From Bacteroidales bacterium (GTDB lineage Bacteria > Bacteroidota > Bacteroidia > Bacteroidales > UBA932): a DNA stretch of 64,000 bases. A program made the position numbers and the translations under genes. This document shows positions 33,543-42,090 of this stretch, in pieces (positions within the stretch are counted from its first letter, which is position 1; each line of letters opens with the position of its first letter). Where the stretch lies: assembly GCA_017429475.1 (NCBI GenBank), contig JAFROX010000006.1, positions 126,008 through 190,007 on the forward strand, given 5' to 3'. The notes beneath the pieces were generated by a model that was not told the origin of the DNA, did not search any database, and saw only the letters and a list, made by a program, of their open reading frames with translations.

Positions 33543-35837
33543 ATGAAGAGCTACCTGAAATTCCTGTCCCGAAACAAGCTTTACACCGCCATCGAGGCGG
33601 TGGGGCTGGCGGTGAGCCTGGCGTTTGTGATTATCATCGGTTCGTATGTGTGGCAGCAATATGCTGTGACGAGGGAGAACCCGGATCGGGAGAGGATATA
33701 TGTGCCCGGTATGCCGGATTTCCCGGCGTTGACATACGGTTTCCCGGATGTCATTGCGGATATACCCGAAATAGAGGCTGTGTCCAGACTTTGTGCCGTC
33801 CGGGTATATCCTGTCATTCGGGGAGAGTCGGTAGAAGCTGAAAGCGCCGGCGTGGAACCGGCTTTCTTCGAGATTTGTCCCCAGTTCCGTTTTGTGGAAG
33901 GTTCCGCTGATGTGCTGTCTGCTCCCTCCAACGTCATCATTACAGCTTCATTCGCCAACAGGCATAACCTTTCGGTGGGCGATGCTCTGGAGATTAGTGA
34001 AGCCAACTATGTGGTAGGCGCCATTCTGGAGGACCTGAAGGGGACGGTAATAAAGCCTTATGAAATCTTCCGGAATGCCGCAGTTTACAAGAACAACTGG
34101 CAGTTGTTCGACAATTTCGGCAGCACAACCGTTTTCATCAAAGTCCGTCCCGGAACGGAAAGGCAAGATTTGTATGACAAACTGGAGGCCGTATGCAAAA
34201 AGGTCTATCCCGGCATATATGGTCAAAGTTTCTTCGAGACCCTGGTGCTGTCGCGCTACGATGAACTGTTCTTCGCGGAAACTGATGGTATATTCCGGCA
34301 CGGGGACAAAGGGACGCTGAGGGTTCTGTCGCTGGTAGGACTGCTCCTGCTTCTGTCGGCAATCCTCAACTACGTCAACCTTTCCGTTGCACTCACCGGG
34401 AAGCGGGCTAAGGAGATGGCTGTAAGGCAATTGTCCGGGGCATCGAGAAGAGGAATTATCTGGAAATACGTGGCTGAGTCCATCGCGTTCACCGCTGTAT
34501 GCTTTGCAGCCGGCCTCTTGCTGGCGGAAGCCTTCTGCCCGGCTATGAATGCACTGCTCAACAATCCGGATGTTCCGATCCGTGTCATCTGGGCTCCGGG
34601 GTATTTGCTCGCGTACGTCGCCATCATTCTGACGGTCGGGGCGTTCTGCGGCATCTTCCCGGCGATGATGGCCGGCCGCTACAAGCCTGTCGATGTGATG
34701 AAGGGAGGATACCGGCGCCGGAGCAAGATGGTGTTCAGCAAGGTTTTCATCGTGCTGCAGAATGCTCTGGCAGTCATCCTGATAGCGCTCGCCATCACTA
34801 TGGAAGCCCAGATGCGCAAGACGCAGTCACGGCCGATGCATTGCGATATCGCGGACAAATACTATCTGGTCAGTTATTCCTATGACTATGACGACTCCTT
34901 CAAGAATGTACTAGAAACGCTTCCGGCTGTAAAGCGGGTGGGGAAGAGCAATGGTGTGCCCGGAAGCATCCGGGGAGGGCAGTACAGTACCACACGGGAC
35001 GGACAGGATATTCTGTATAGGCTTATCCGGATGGACAGCACTGCTTTTGCGATGTTCCGGTTCGAGATACTTGAAGACTACCGCACCCCGCTGTTCAACA
35101 GCGTATGGTTCTCCGACGAAAGTTTTGCAGCAAGCGGCTTCGACAGCGAATACCACGAAATAGGGACGCTCTCCCAGCGTACGCAAGGCTGTAACCAGAT
35201 GGCCGGCGTTTTCAAAGCGTTCCCGACCAATTCGGCCAATATTGGAGAGGATGATTATGCCATCATCTCCGTGATGAGGACTGAGGACATCTCGTCCAAC
35301 AGCTGGGTGATTGAGACGACCGGGGACAGGAAAGAGGCTGCAAGACAGATTAATGATGCTTATGAAGCATATGCGAAAGAACATAATGTTATTGAGACGG
35401 AAGCGTTCTGGGTCGATGAGCACATAGCCGAGGCCTGGAAGCCCGCCCGCAACAATATGCGCCTTGTGGAAATCTTTATGTTTCTCTCCATCCTCATCGC
35501 ATTGCTCGGCCTGGTAGCTATGAGTACATATTACGCCGATGAGAAATCCCGTGACATTGCCGTCCGGAAGGTTTTCGGCGGAACTGTTGACTCCGAGGCG
35601 AGGAGAACGATCCGGGACTATATGGTGCTTGTCGGCATCGCCTGCGTCATCGGCATTCCGGTAGCCGTCTATGCCGCCCAGGAATACCTCAAAGACTTCA
35701 TTTACCGGCTCGAAGGTTACTGGTGGATATTCGTCGTGGCTGTGCTGCTCACCGGCATCATCGCTTTTGTCTCTGTCATCTGGCAGGTGCTCAAAGCTGC
35801 CCAGACCAATCCCGCTATTGAACTGAAGAAAGAATAA
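33543..35837 (+). CDS. ABC permease 5, double-FtsX type (subtype A)
   Basis: 764 aa, with the same first 30 aa as permeases 3 and 4. The C-terminus is LKAAQTNPAIELKKE. Confidence 0.85.
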   Translation: MKSYLKFLSRNKLYTAIEAVGLAVSLAFVIIIGSYVWQQYAVTRENPDRERIYVPGMPDFPALTYGFPDVIADIPEIEAVSRLCAVRVYPVIRGESVEAESAGVEPAFFEICPQFRFVEGSADVLSAPSNVIITASFANRHNLSVGDALEISEANYVVGAILEDLKGTVIKPYEIFRNAAVYKNNWQLFDNFGSTTVFIKVRPGTERQDLYDKLEAVCKKVYPGIYGQSFFETLVLSRYDELFFAETDGIFRHGDKGTLRVLSLVGLLLLLSAILNYVNLSVALTGKRAKEMAVRQLSGASRRGIIWKYVAESIAFTAVCFAAGLLLAEAFCPAMNALLNNPDVPIRVIWAPGYLLAYVAIILTVGAFCGIFPAMMAGRYKPVDVMKGGYRRRSKMVFSKVFIVLQNALAVILIALAITMEAQMRKTQSRPMHCDIADKYYLVSYSYDYDDSFKNVLETLPAVKRVGKSNGVPGSIRGGQYSTTRDGQDILYRLIRMDSTAFAMFRFEILEDYRTPLFNSVWFSDESFAASGFDSEYHEIGTLSQRTQGCNQMAGVFKAFPTNSANIGEDDYAIISVMRTEDISSNSWVIETTGDRKEAARQINDAYEAYAKEHNVIETEAFWVDEHIAEAWKPARNNMRLVEIFMFLSILIALLGLVAMSTYYADEKSRDIAVRKVFGGTVDSEARRTIRDYMVLVGIACVIGIPVAVYAAQEYLKDFIYRLEGYWWIFVVAVLLTGIIAFVSVIWQVLKAAQTNPAIELKKE

Positions 35838-35844
35838 TGATATA

Positions 35845-38175
35845 ATGATACTACGAAACCTGAAGAGCCTTATCCGCCGCTATCCGGTGGCGGTTGTCCT
35901 GAACTTCACTGGACTGGTGGCGGCGCTGCTTGCCTTTGCCCTGATATTCCTGCAAGCCGATTATGAGCTGTCTTTTGACAAGTGCCATCCGACGGCCAAC
36001 CGGGTTTTCCGGGCCGATAAGAAAGGCGATGAGACGCTGTTCAGGAATATCCTGCCGAGAGGCTTTGCCGACGATATCATCGGCTCGTCGGCCCACATCG
36101 AGGCGGGATGTACGTATATGCCGTTCCTGGGTGAGATCTATTTCTCAGTGGCAGAAGACGGAAAGGATCCCATCGGTTACAAGCGTGATCTGAAGTTCGT
36201 GTCGGAGCGTTTCATCGACGTGTTCGGCATCAAGATGATCGAGGGCGATTCACACGCGCTGGAAGGTCCCAATTCGGTGATTATTCCCCAGTCGCTGGCG
36301 GAAAACCTGTTCCCGGGAGAACGGGCGATTGGCAAGTTGCTGAAGACGGACGCCAAGTATATGGAGGTCCCCCGCGAGATAACTGTGACCGGCGTGTATG
36401 AGGACTTCCCGACGAACACACAACTTGGGAATGACCTGTACCTGACCGTCGGCGATGTCCAGAAAGGGAGTTATGGGGGAGCCAATTTCGTCTGCTATCT
36501 GCTGCTGGATGATGCCGGCAACTCTCAGGCTGTAGCCGATGAGTTCAACGACCATTTCGACTTTCCTCCGCAAGGAGACTGGCTTACGCCCATCGAGCTG
36601 GTGCCGCTTACCAGCATATACTTCCGGAACGAGGGTAATGTCTATAAGAGCGGCAGCCGTTCGCAGCTGCTTCTGCTCATTGCCATCGCTATCTTGATCC
36701 TGGGCATCGGCCTGATCAACTTTACCAATTTCTATGTGGCGCTGACGCCGCTGCGCATCCGGAGCGTGAACCTGCAGAAGATCCTGGGGTCTTCGACTCG
36801 GAGGCTGCGTGCCCTGGTGGTGGCGGAGGCGGTGATATGGTGCATCTGCGCCTTTGGGGTGTCCGCCCTGCTGCTGGGACCGGTTTCCGATGCGCTGCTG
36901 ACCCGGGGCGTGCTGATGCAGTCCTTCTCCTTCGGCAAGCATTGGGGCCTGCTGCTGTTCGTCGGGACGGTCGCGGTGGCCACCGGTTTCATTGCCGGTA
37001 TCTGGCCGGGCATCTATTCCACATCGGGCCAGCCGGCGATGATCCTGCGGGGCAACTATGGCCTGTCGGCCTCCGGAAAGAACCTCAGGACCATTTTGGT
37101 GGGCGTGCAGTTCGTTATTTCAACTGCGCTGCTCATCTTTGTTCTGTTCGTCCAGCGTCAGAGCAAGTTCATGCAGGAGTATCCCTGCGGCTACGACAAG
37201 AATAACCTGGCGGTGGTGAATATCGGTGGCGAGAACGGCCGGGAGAAGGCCGATTGGCTGCGGGAGAGGCTGTGCGCACTTCCGGAGGTGAAGGACGTGG
37301 CCTATGCGAACGATCTCATCGGCAGCTCGGATACTTATAGCACGCAGGGTGCGGATTTCGGTGAAGGAGAGGTTCTGATGAGTATGATATACTGCAGCTG
37401 GAACCTGCCGCAGGTGCTGGGGCTGGAGGTGCTTGAAGGCCGGGATTTCAACGAAGGCGAGTTCGGCCCATACCTTTTGACATCGGATATGCAGTCATAT
37501 GGTGCTGATATGGACACAGGGGGAATGGATGGCGAGACTCCAATCGTGGGCTTCGTCAATAATGTGAATATCACTTCTATGCGCAAGGCTGATTCTCCTG
37601 TGGCGTTCCAGGTGCATACCAGCAAGGGACACTCGATGCCGTTCGCATATATCCGGCTTACGGAGGGGGCGGACCGTCTGGCAGCCACCGATAAAATCGG
37701 GAACATCCTCCGGGAGATGGACCTTACGATGCCGTACGAGGTGCAGTTCTACGATGCCATCGGCAAGAACCTTTACAGCGGCGAGGAGCGCCTGCGGCTG
37801 GCCGTATGGCTGTTCTCCCTGCTGGCAGTGCTGCTCTCGTTGGTGGGCATCTGGGGCCAGGTGCTGATGGATGTGCAGTACAAGCGGATGGAGATTTCGG
37901 TGAAGCGGGTGTTCGGGGCCGATATGGGCCAGATTACTTCGGAGGGCTTGATGCTGTATCTTAGGACGGTGGCCATCTGTTATGTGATTGCGGCGCCCAT
38001 CGGCTGGCTGGTGGTGAAGTATTACCTGCAGCAGTTCGCGCACAGGGTGGGCTTTATGCCGGGGGTGTTCCTGCTGGCGCTGGTGATTGTGGGGCTGCTA
38101 TGCGCCGCCGTGGTGCTGTATCACTACCTTAAGACCGCCAGGATGAATCCGGCGGAGGCGCTGAAGAATGAGTAA
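35845..38175 (+). CDS. ABC permease 6, double-FtsX type (subtype B)
   Basis: 776 aa. N-terminus MILRNLKSLIRRYPVAVVLNFTGLVAALLAF. C-terminus LKTARMNPAEALKNE. Two FtsX cores. Confidence 0.85.
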   Translation: MILRNLKSLIRRYPVAVVLNFTGLVAALLAFALIFLQADYELSFDKCHPTANRVFRADKKGDETLFRNILPRGFADDIIGSSAHIEAGCTYMPFLGEIYFSVAEDGKDPIGYKRDLKFVSERFIDVFGIKMIEGDSHALEGPNSVIIPQSLAENLFPGERAIGKLLKTDAKYMEVPREITVTGVYEDFPTNTQLGNDLYLTVGDVQKGSYGGANFVCYLLLDDAGNSQAVADEFNDHFDFPPQGDWLTPIELVPLTSIYFRNEGNVYKSGSRSQLLLLIAIAILILGIGLINFTNFYVALTPLRIRSVNLQKILGSSTRRLRALVVAEAVIWCICAFGVSALLLGPVSDALLTRGVLMQSFSFGKHWGLLLFVGTVAVATGFIAGIWPGIYSTSGQPAMILRGNYGLSASGKNLRTILVGVQFVISTALLIFVLFVQRQSKFMQEYPCGYDKNNLAVVNIGGENGREKADWLRERLCALPEVKDVAYANDLIGSSDTYSTQGADFGEGEVLMSMIYCSWNLPQVLGLEVLEGRDFNEGEFGPYLLTSDMQSYGADMDTGGMDGETPIVGFVNNVNITSMRKADSPVAFQVHTSKGHSMPFAYIRLTEGADRLAATDKIGNILREMDLTMPYEVQFYDAIGKNLYSGEERLRLAVWLFSLLAVLLSLVGIWGQVLMDVQYKRMEISVKRVFGADMGQITSEGLMLYLRTVAICYVIAAPIGWLVVKYYLQQFAHRVGFMPGVFLLALVIVGLLCAAVVLYHYLKTARMNPAEALKNE

Positions 38176-38213
38176 TTGCTCCCGCCGTCCCAAAATCGCG
38201 GACGGCAGGAGCG
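38176..38213 (+). repeat. Intergenic hairpin repeat, copy 4a
   Basis: TTGCTCCCGCCGTCCCAAAATCGCGGACGGCAGGAGCG, immediately after the permease-6 stop. Confidence 0.75.
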
Positions 38214-38227
38214 AAAAAGGGGGTAAA

Positions 38228-38266
38228 ACGCGCCCGCCGTCCGGAATTTATGGATGGCAGGAGCAC
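38228..38266 (+). repeat. Intergenic hairpin repeat, copy 4b (degenerate, with a leader remnant but no following permease)
   Basis: ACGCGCCCGCCGTCCGGAATTTATGGATGGCAGGAGCAC. The right arm reads TGGATGG instead of CGGACGG, so the stem survives only through G-U pairs on the plus-strand RNA. It is followed by AAAAGAATAAAA, which resembles the AAAAAGAGATAAAA leader. Confidence 0.7.
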
Positions 38267-38343
38267 AAAAGAATAAAACCACTGGAGACGTATTTCTGCT
38301 TTTTGTGTGTTTTATAGACAAACGAAAACAAAACAAAAACGCA

Positions 38344-38769
38344 ATGAAGATATTGAAGACAGTGATTTGCGCAGCGATGCTGGTGGCAGGGCTGAGCGGT
38401 TGTGAGAAACTCGACCAGGAACGTACAATCGATTATAGCAAGCTGGAAGGCACCTGGACCGAGCAGTATGACCCGACGGTATTTGCAATGGACGGCTCGG
38501 TGACATATACTTTTGACGGAAACAACAGTTACCAGCTTCATCTATATAACGCCCTTGGCGGCGGATCGTACGACTACAGCGGCCATTACTCCCTCGAACT
38601 GACGGACAAGAACACAATAACCATCAATCCGGAAATGTCCGACATGACGAGCGTCACATATAAGATCGTGAAATTGACAGGAAAGGAGATGGAGTGGCAG
38701 AAGGAAGGCACCACTTACTCCAAAGGCACCTGGGGAAGCGACTACAGGCACTTTGTCAGAGTCAGGTGA
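38344..38769 (+). CDS. Lipocalin-like-domain lipoprotein
   Basis: I prefer the ATG at 38344 (MKILKTVICAAMLVAGLSGC lipobox) over the track start at 38254, which begins inside hairpin copy 4b. The LEGTWTEQYD...YKIVKLTGKEMEWQ pattern is typical of small Bacteroidales lipocalin-like proteins. Confidence 0.6.
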   Translation: MKILKTVICAAMLVAGLSGCEKLDQERTIDYSKLEGTWTEQYDPTVFAMDGSVTYTFDGNNSYQLHLYNALGGGSYDYSGHYSLELTDKNTITINPEMSDMTSVTYKIVKLTGKEMEWQKEGTTYSKGTWGSDYRHFVRVR

Positions 38770-38953
38770 CAGCTGGTTTCATCAACCAGAAAATCGGAGA
38801 GCAGATCATACCATTCCCCAGAACCCGTATGCTTTTTATTCCTGCGGTGTGAGTCGTTTTTGGCGCAGAGAGCAAACAATATCACGTTTTAGCGCATTCT
38901 TGAGCATTTGATCCTGCTCTCTGATTTTTGGGTTGCTCAGCGGGCAGAAGGAT

Positions 38954-39988
38954 TTACGTGAAGTAGTCCTTTACTTCATCATACACAAGGCCGCACAACC
39001 GAATAATCTGCTTCAACGAACTGTTGTACCTGCTGCGCAATGTCCGGGCAAGTTTGAGCCTTTGTTGCATATTCAGCGTCTTGACATTGCTGACACCATA
39101 CAATTCCTGGCATACTTCGCTCTTGTGCTGCCTCATCTCTTGCATGGGTACTGTAAGGTGTGAGATAGTCCCTCCACGGGAATCTACATCATCTTCCTTG
39201 GATACGCACATGAAGTAATTAAAACTCTTGCAAGACTTGAATAGCTTCTCGACAATTTTAAATGCGGTATAAAACCCAGGGAATACAATGGATCCTGCCA
39301 TTGGAACATTCTCATCGGGAAGTATCCTGGTTTTAAGAATCTGCCTTAACTGACCGACTCCGATGCCATCGGTGCCAGCAAGATTTCCGAGGTTATCCGA
39401 CCAATGAGGGCTGCTCCACAGTCCCGGACGTCTGAAATAAAGCGGACCACTTGACCACGGATAGTCAAGTGCATTATAAGATATGCCACCCACGGGTGCA
39501 TTCTTGATCACGTAACAGATGACAACTTTAAGGTAATAATCGTCGCTGACCGTCTGACAATTGATGGGTACATTGTCAAACTTATGTTTCTCACTGCGAC
39601 GGACAGACATATACCAGGATGTCCTGCGAACATAGTCGTGAATGAATCTGTTGCAATCGTCAAACTTCCCATACAAAACAAAATGAATGTGGGTATCCAT
39701 CAGTGAGAATGCGAGAATGATGACATTGTAGCATCTCACGGTCGTGTAGATCCTGTTCATTCCGACGATGAAGTCATCTTCATCATAAAACATTGCATCG
39801 ACAGCGTTACCGTCGGTGCTGAAATGCCAGCAATCTCTGATAATGATTTTCTGTCCCTTGACAAAGGGTCTGTCAAGTCCCAGATCAGATGTGATCTGCC
39901 CGAGCAGTTCTTGATTAATCTTCATCTTCATACCCAGCGCCTCTAGTGGCTGCTCGATGACAAATGTACAACAAAAACTTGTCATCAA
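38954..39988 (-). CDS. HUH/Y1 (IS200-RayT-like, COG1943-type) transposase-domain protein with a C-terminal extension; probably domesticated. The true start may be 39931
   Basis: HUH motif in SLMDTHIHFVLYG. Tyr motif CYVIKNAPVGGISYNALDYPWSS matches the Y-x-x-x-N-P-V...Y.WSS pattern of REP-associated tyrosine transposases. Sampled 60-nt lines in the gene are about 40-47 percent GC, against about 67 percent in a sampled line at 37021. An 8-bp hairpin (39956-39986) inside the N-terminal extension favours the ATG at 39931. Confidence 0.55.
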   Translation of the reverse strand: MMTSFCCTFVIEQPLEALGMKMKINQELLGQITSDLGLDRPFVKGQKIIIRDCWHFSTDGNAVDAMFYDEDDFIVGMNRIYTTVRCYNVIILAFSLMDTHIHFVLYGKFDDCNRFIHDYVRRTSWYMSVRRSEKHKFDNVPINCQTVSDDYYLKVVICYVIKNAPVGGISYNALDYPWSSGPLYFRRPGLWSSPHWSDNLGNLAGTDGIGVGQLRQILKTRILPDENVPMAGSIVFPGFYTAFKIVEKLFKSCKSFNYFMCVSKEDDVDSRGGTISHLTVPMQEMRQHKSEVCQELYGVSNVKTLNMQQRLKLARTLRSRYNSSLKQIIRLCGLVYDEVKDYFT

Positions 39989-40043
39989 ACTGAAAAATGC
40001 AGCGCATATAAACGTCCTCCAAAGCCCGTAAAACGCTTAATCT

Positions 40044-40124
40044 CTTGCGCTCTGAGCCGAAATCGCCGCGGAGCGCAAGTGGATTGCCACATAAGCGAGT
40101 TGTAAGACACTCGCCTTGCGCTCC
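40044..40124. other. Three-segment mutually exclusive pairing element (CTTGCGCTC / GAGCGCAAG / CTTGCGCTC) in the divergent intergenic region
   Basis: Segment 2 (40070-40079, GGAGCGCAAG) can pair with segment 1 (40044-40052) or with segment 3 (40115-40124, CTTGCGCTCC). An inner GCGAGT/ACTCGC stem lies between segments 2 and 3. Confidence 0.4.
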
Positions 40125-40204
40125 GATTTTCAAATAGGACAATTAAGAAAAATATTTGTATGGCTAAAAAAATTAGCTATATTCGCAAAAAGTTTAGTTG
40201 CGTT

Positions 40205-40564
40205 ATGAAGAAACTGACAAAGAAAGAGGAGATCATTATGAACTACTTCTGGGATAAGGGTCCGTTGTTCGTGAGGGAACTGCGTGAGTTGTACCCGGAA
40301 CCGAAGCCCCATTTCAGCACGCTGAGCACCCAGGTCCGCACGCTTCAGGACGAGGGCTTCATCGACCACAAAGCCTATGGTCCCACATATCAGTATTTTG
40401 CCAGGGTGACTCGCGAGGAGTATAAGCAGCATACCCTGACAGGCCTCATAGACAAGTACTTCGACAATTCCTACATCAATGCTGTTTCTGCGCTTGTAAA
40501 GGAAGAGAAGATTTCGGTCGAGGAACTGAAGGAACTCATCAGCCTCATTGAAAAGGAGAAATAG
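40205..40564 (+). CDS. BlaI/MecI/CopY-family transcriptional repressor
   Basis: I prefer the ATG at 40205. MKKLTKKEEIIMNYFWDKGPLFVRELRELYPEPKPHFSTLSTQVRTLQDEGFI is the winged-helix N-terminus of BlaI-type repressors. The protein is about 119 aa. Confidence 0.85.
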   Translation: MKKLTKKEEIIMNYFWDKGPLFVRELRELYPEPKPHFSTLSTQVRTLQDEGFIDHKAYGPTYQYFARVTREEYKQHTLTGLIDKYFDNSYINAVSALVKEEKISVEELKELISLIEKEK

Positions 40565-40566
40565 CT

Positions 40567-42081
40567 ATGATGGACTTCATTGTCTATGAAGGCAAGGTGG
40601 CGGCTGCACTGCTGGTCTTCTATCTTTTCTACCGTTTCCTTCTCAAGAAAGAAACCTTCCACCGCTTCAATAGGATTGTCCTTGTCGGGACAGCGGTGCT
40701 CAGTTGCGTCCTTCCACTCTGCATCATTACCATACGCAAGCCGATGGAAGCATCTGCTGCGGCAGGGAATGTCTTCACAGGGGTGGCTGTGTTCAATGAA
40801 ACCAGTGCCGCGACTTCCCAGCCCTGGTGGCACATCGCACTTTTCACGCTTTTCTGGGGTGGGACCGCAATCGTTCTCATACGCCTCGCCGTGTCGGTCG
40901 CATCCATTTTGCACATTGTACGCACCGGAAAACCCGTGAAGGAAGATGATGGTACAGAAATCATCGTGACCGGGCGCGACATCGACCCCTTCAGCTGGAT
41001 GCGGTATATCGTCCTGTCTCAACGGGATTGGGAAGCACCTCACGACACTGTCGTAGCCCACGAGAAGGCCCATGTCCGCAACGGCCATTCAGTCGAACTG
41101 CTGCTGGTGGATATTCTCTCTGCCCTGCAGTGGTTCAACCCTGCCATCTGGATGCTCCGCAGCGACCTGCAGGAGCTTCACGAATATGAAGCAGACGATG
41201 CCGTGCTCCGCAGTGGCGCCGACATCAAAGACTACCAGTATCTGCTGATAAGAAAAGCTGTCTGCAAGAGCGGCTACTCAGTTGCAAACAGCTTTAATCA
41301 CAGTACCCTCAAGGATCGTATCACTATGATGTCGAAATCAAAATCTCCTCTCGCAAGAGGATGGAGGGCTCTCTATATGCTCCCGCTTGTGTGCCTGGCC
41401 CTCGGACTGCAGGCTCGAACCGTCTATGTGCCTACGGTCAAGGGTAGTGTGAATTATGGAGATAAGGTGCAATTGGCAGCTGATACCGTAAAGATTGTGT
41501 TGAAGGGAAACGCCGTTCAGGAAGAAAACATGCCATTGGTGATAATCCATATGGCAAACGGCAGCGAACGAGAGCTTACGCAGGAAGAATTCAGGCAGAT
41601 CGATCCCGACCGGATCGAGTCAATGACGGTTTTGAAAGATACTTCCTCCAGAGAAAAGTATGGCGACAAGGCAAGCAACGGTGTCATCATCATTGAACTC
41701 AAGCAGCAGCAGGAACTGGATGGAATCGTAGTAGTCAGCTACGGAAAGAAGAAAGAAGAGCCGGAAAAGTCATATCTGGTGGAGCCGGACACAATGCCGG
41801 AATTCCGCGACGGCGAGATGAGCAGTTTCGTCAAGTGGATGAACAGGCAGATCAGATATCCCGAGGGATGTACGCATACAGGTACCATGAAAGTCGGCTT
41901 CGTTGTCGACACTGATGGTAACGTGAAAGATGTCCAGATACTTGAGAATGTCTGCGAAGAGCTGGATGCTATGGTACTCTCCATCGTTTCCAGTTCTCCC
42001 AGATGGGACAAGCCGGCAATGTCAGACGGCAAACCCGTTCCTCAGTTCCTTTCCATTCCGATAGAGTTCCAAGTAAGATAA
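40567..42081 (+). CDS. M56 (BlaR1-type) metalloprotease sensor fused to a plug-like segment and a C-terminal TonB_C domain
   Basis: N-terminal TMs and the zinc motif VVAHEKAHVRNGH (HExxH). A plug-like segment IESMTVLKDTSSREKYGDKASNGVIIIELK follows. The C-terminal TonB-type fold is MPEFRDGEMSSFVKWMNRQIRYPE...GTMKVGFVVDTDGNVKDVQILE...PRWDKPAMSDGKPV. Confidence 0.8.
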   Translation: MMDFIVYEGKVAAALLVFYLFYRFLLKKETFHRFNRIVLVGTAVLSCVLPLCIITIRKPMEASAAAGNVFTGVAVFNETSAATSQPWWHIALFTLFWGGTAIVLIRLAVSVASILHIVRTGKPVKEDDGTEIIVTGRDIDPFSWMRYIVLSQRDWEAPHDTVVAHEKAHVRNGHSVELLLVDILSALQWFNPAIWMLRSDLQELHEYEADDAVLRSGADIKDYQYLLIRKAVCKSGYSVANSFNHSTLKDRITMMSKSKSPLARGWRALYMLPLVCLALGLQARTVYVPTVKGSVNYGDKVQLAADTVKIVLKGNAVQEENMPLVIIHMANGSERELTQEEFRQIDPDRIESMTVLKDTSSREKYGDKASNGVIIIELKQQQELDGIVVVSYGKKKEEPEKSYLVEPDTMPEFRDGEMSSFVKWMNRQIRYPEGCTHTGTMKVGFVVDTDGNVKDVQILENVCEELDAMVLSIVSSSPRWDKPAMSDGKPVPQFLSIPIEFQVR

Positions 42082-42090
42082 ACAAGTCCG

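Noticed and set aside
26282-38266. Interpreting the CCGCCGTCCGG hairpins as Rho-independent terminators
   Set aside because: None is followed by a U-tract on the plus strand; an A-rich leader follows instead. Three of them sit about 15 nt before the next permease start codon inside what looks like one operon.
38797-38921. Long-range inverted repeat GAGAGCAGATC ... GATCCTGCTCTC between the lipocalin and HUH genes, as a discrete MITE or ncRNA
   Set aside because: It is an 11-12-nt imperfect repeat with a roughly 100-nt spacer, and a related third copy (GCAGAGAGCA) lies in between. That is too little evidence for element boundaries or a target-site duplication. It is mentioned only as part of the islet finding.
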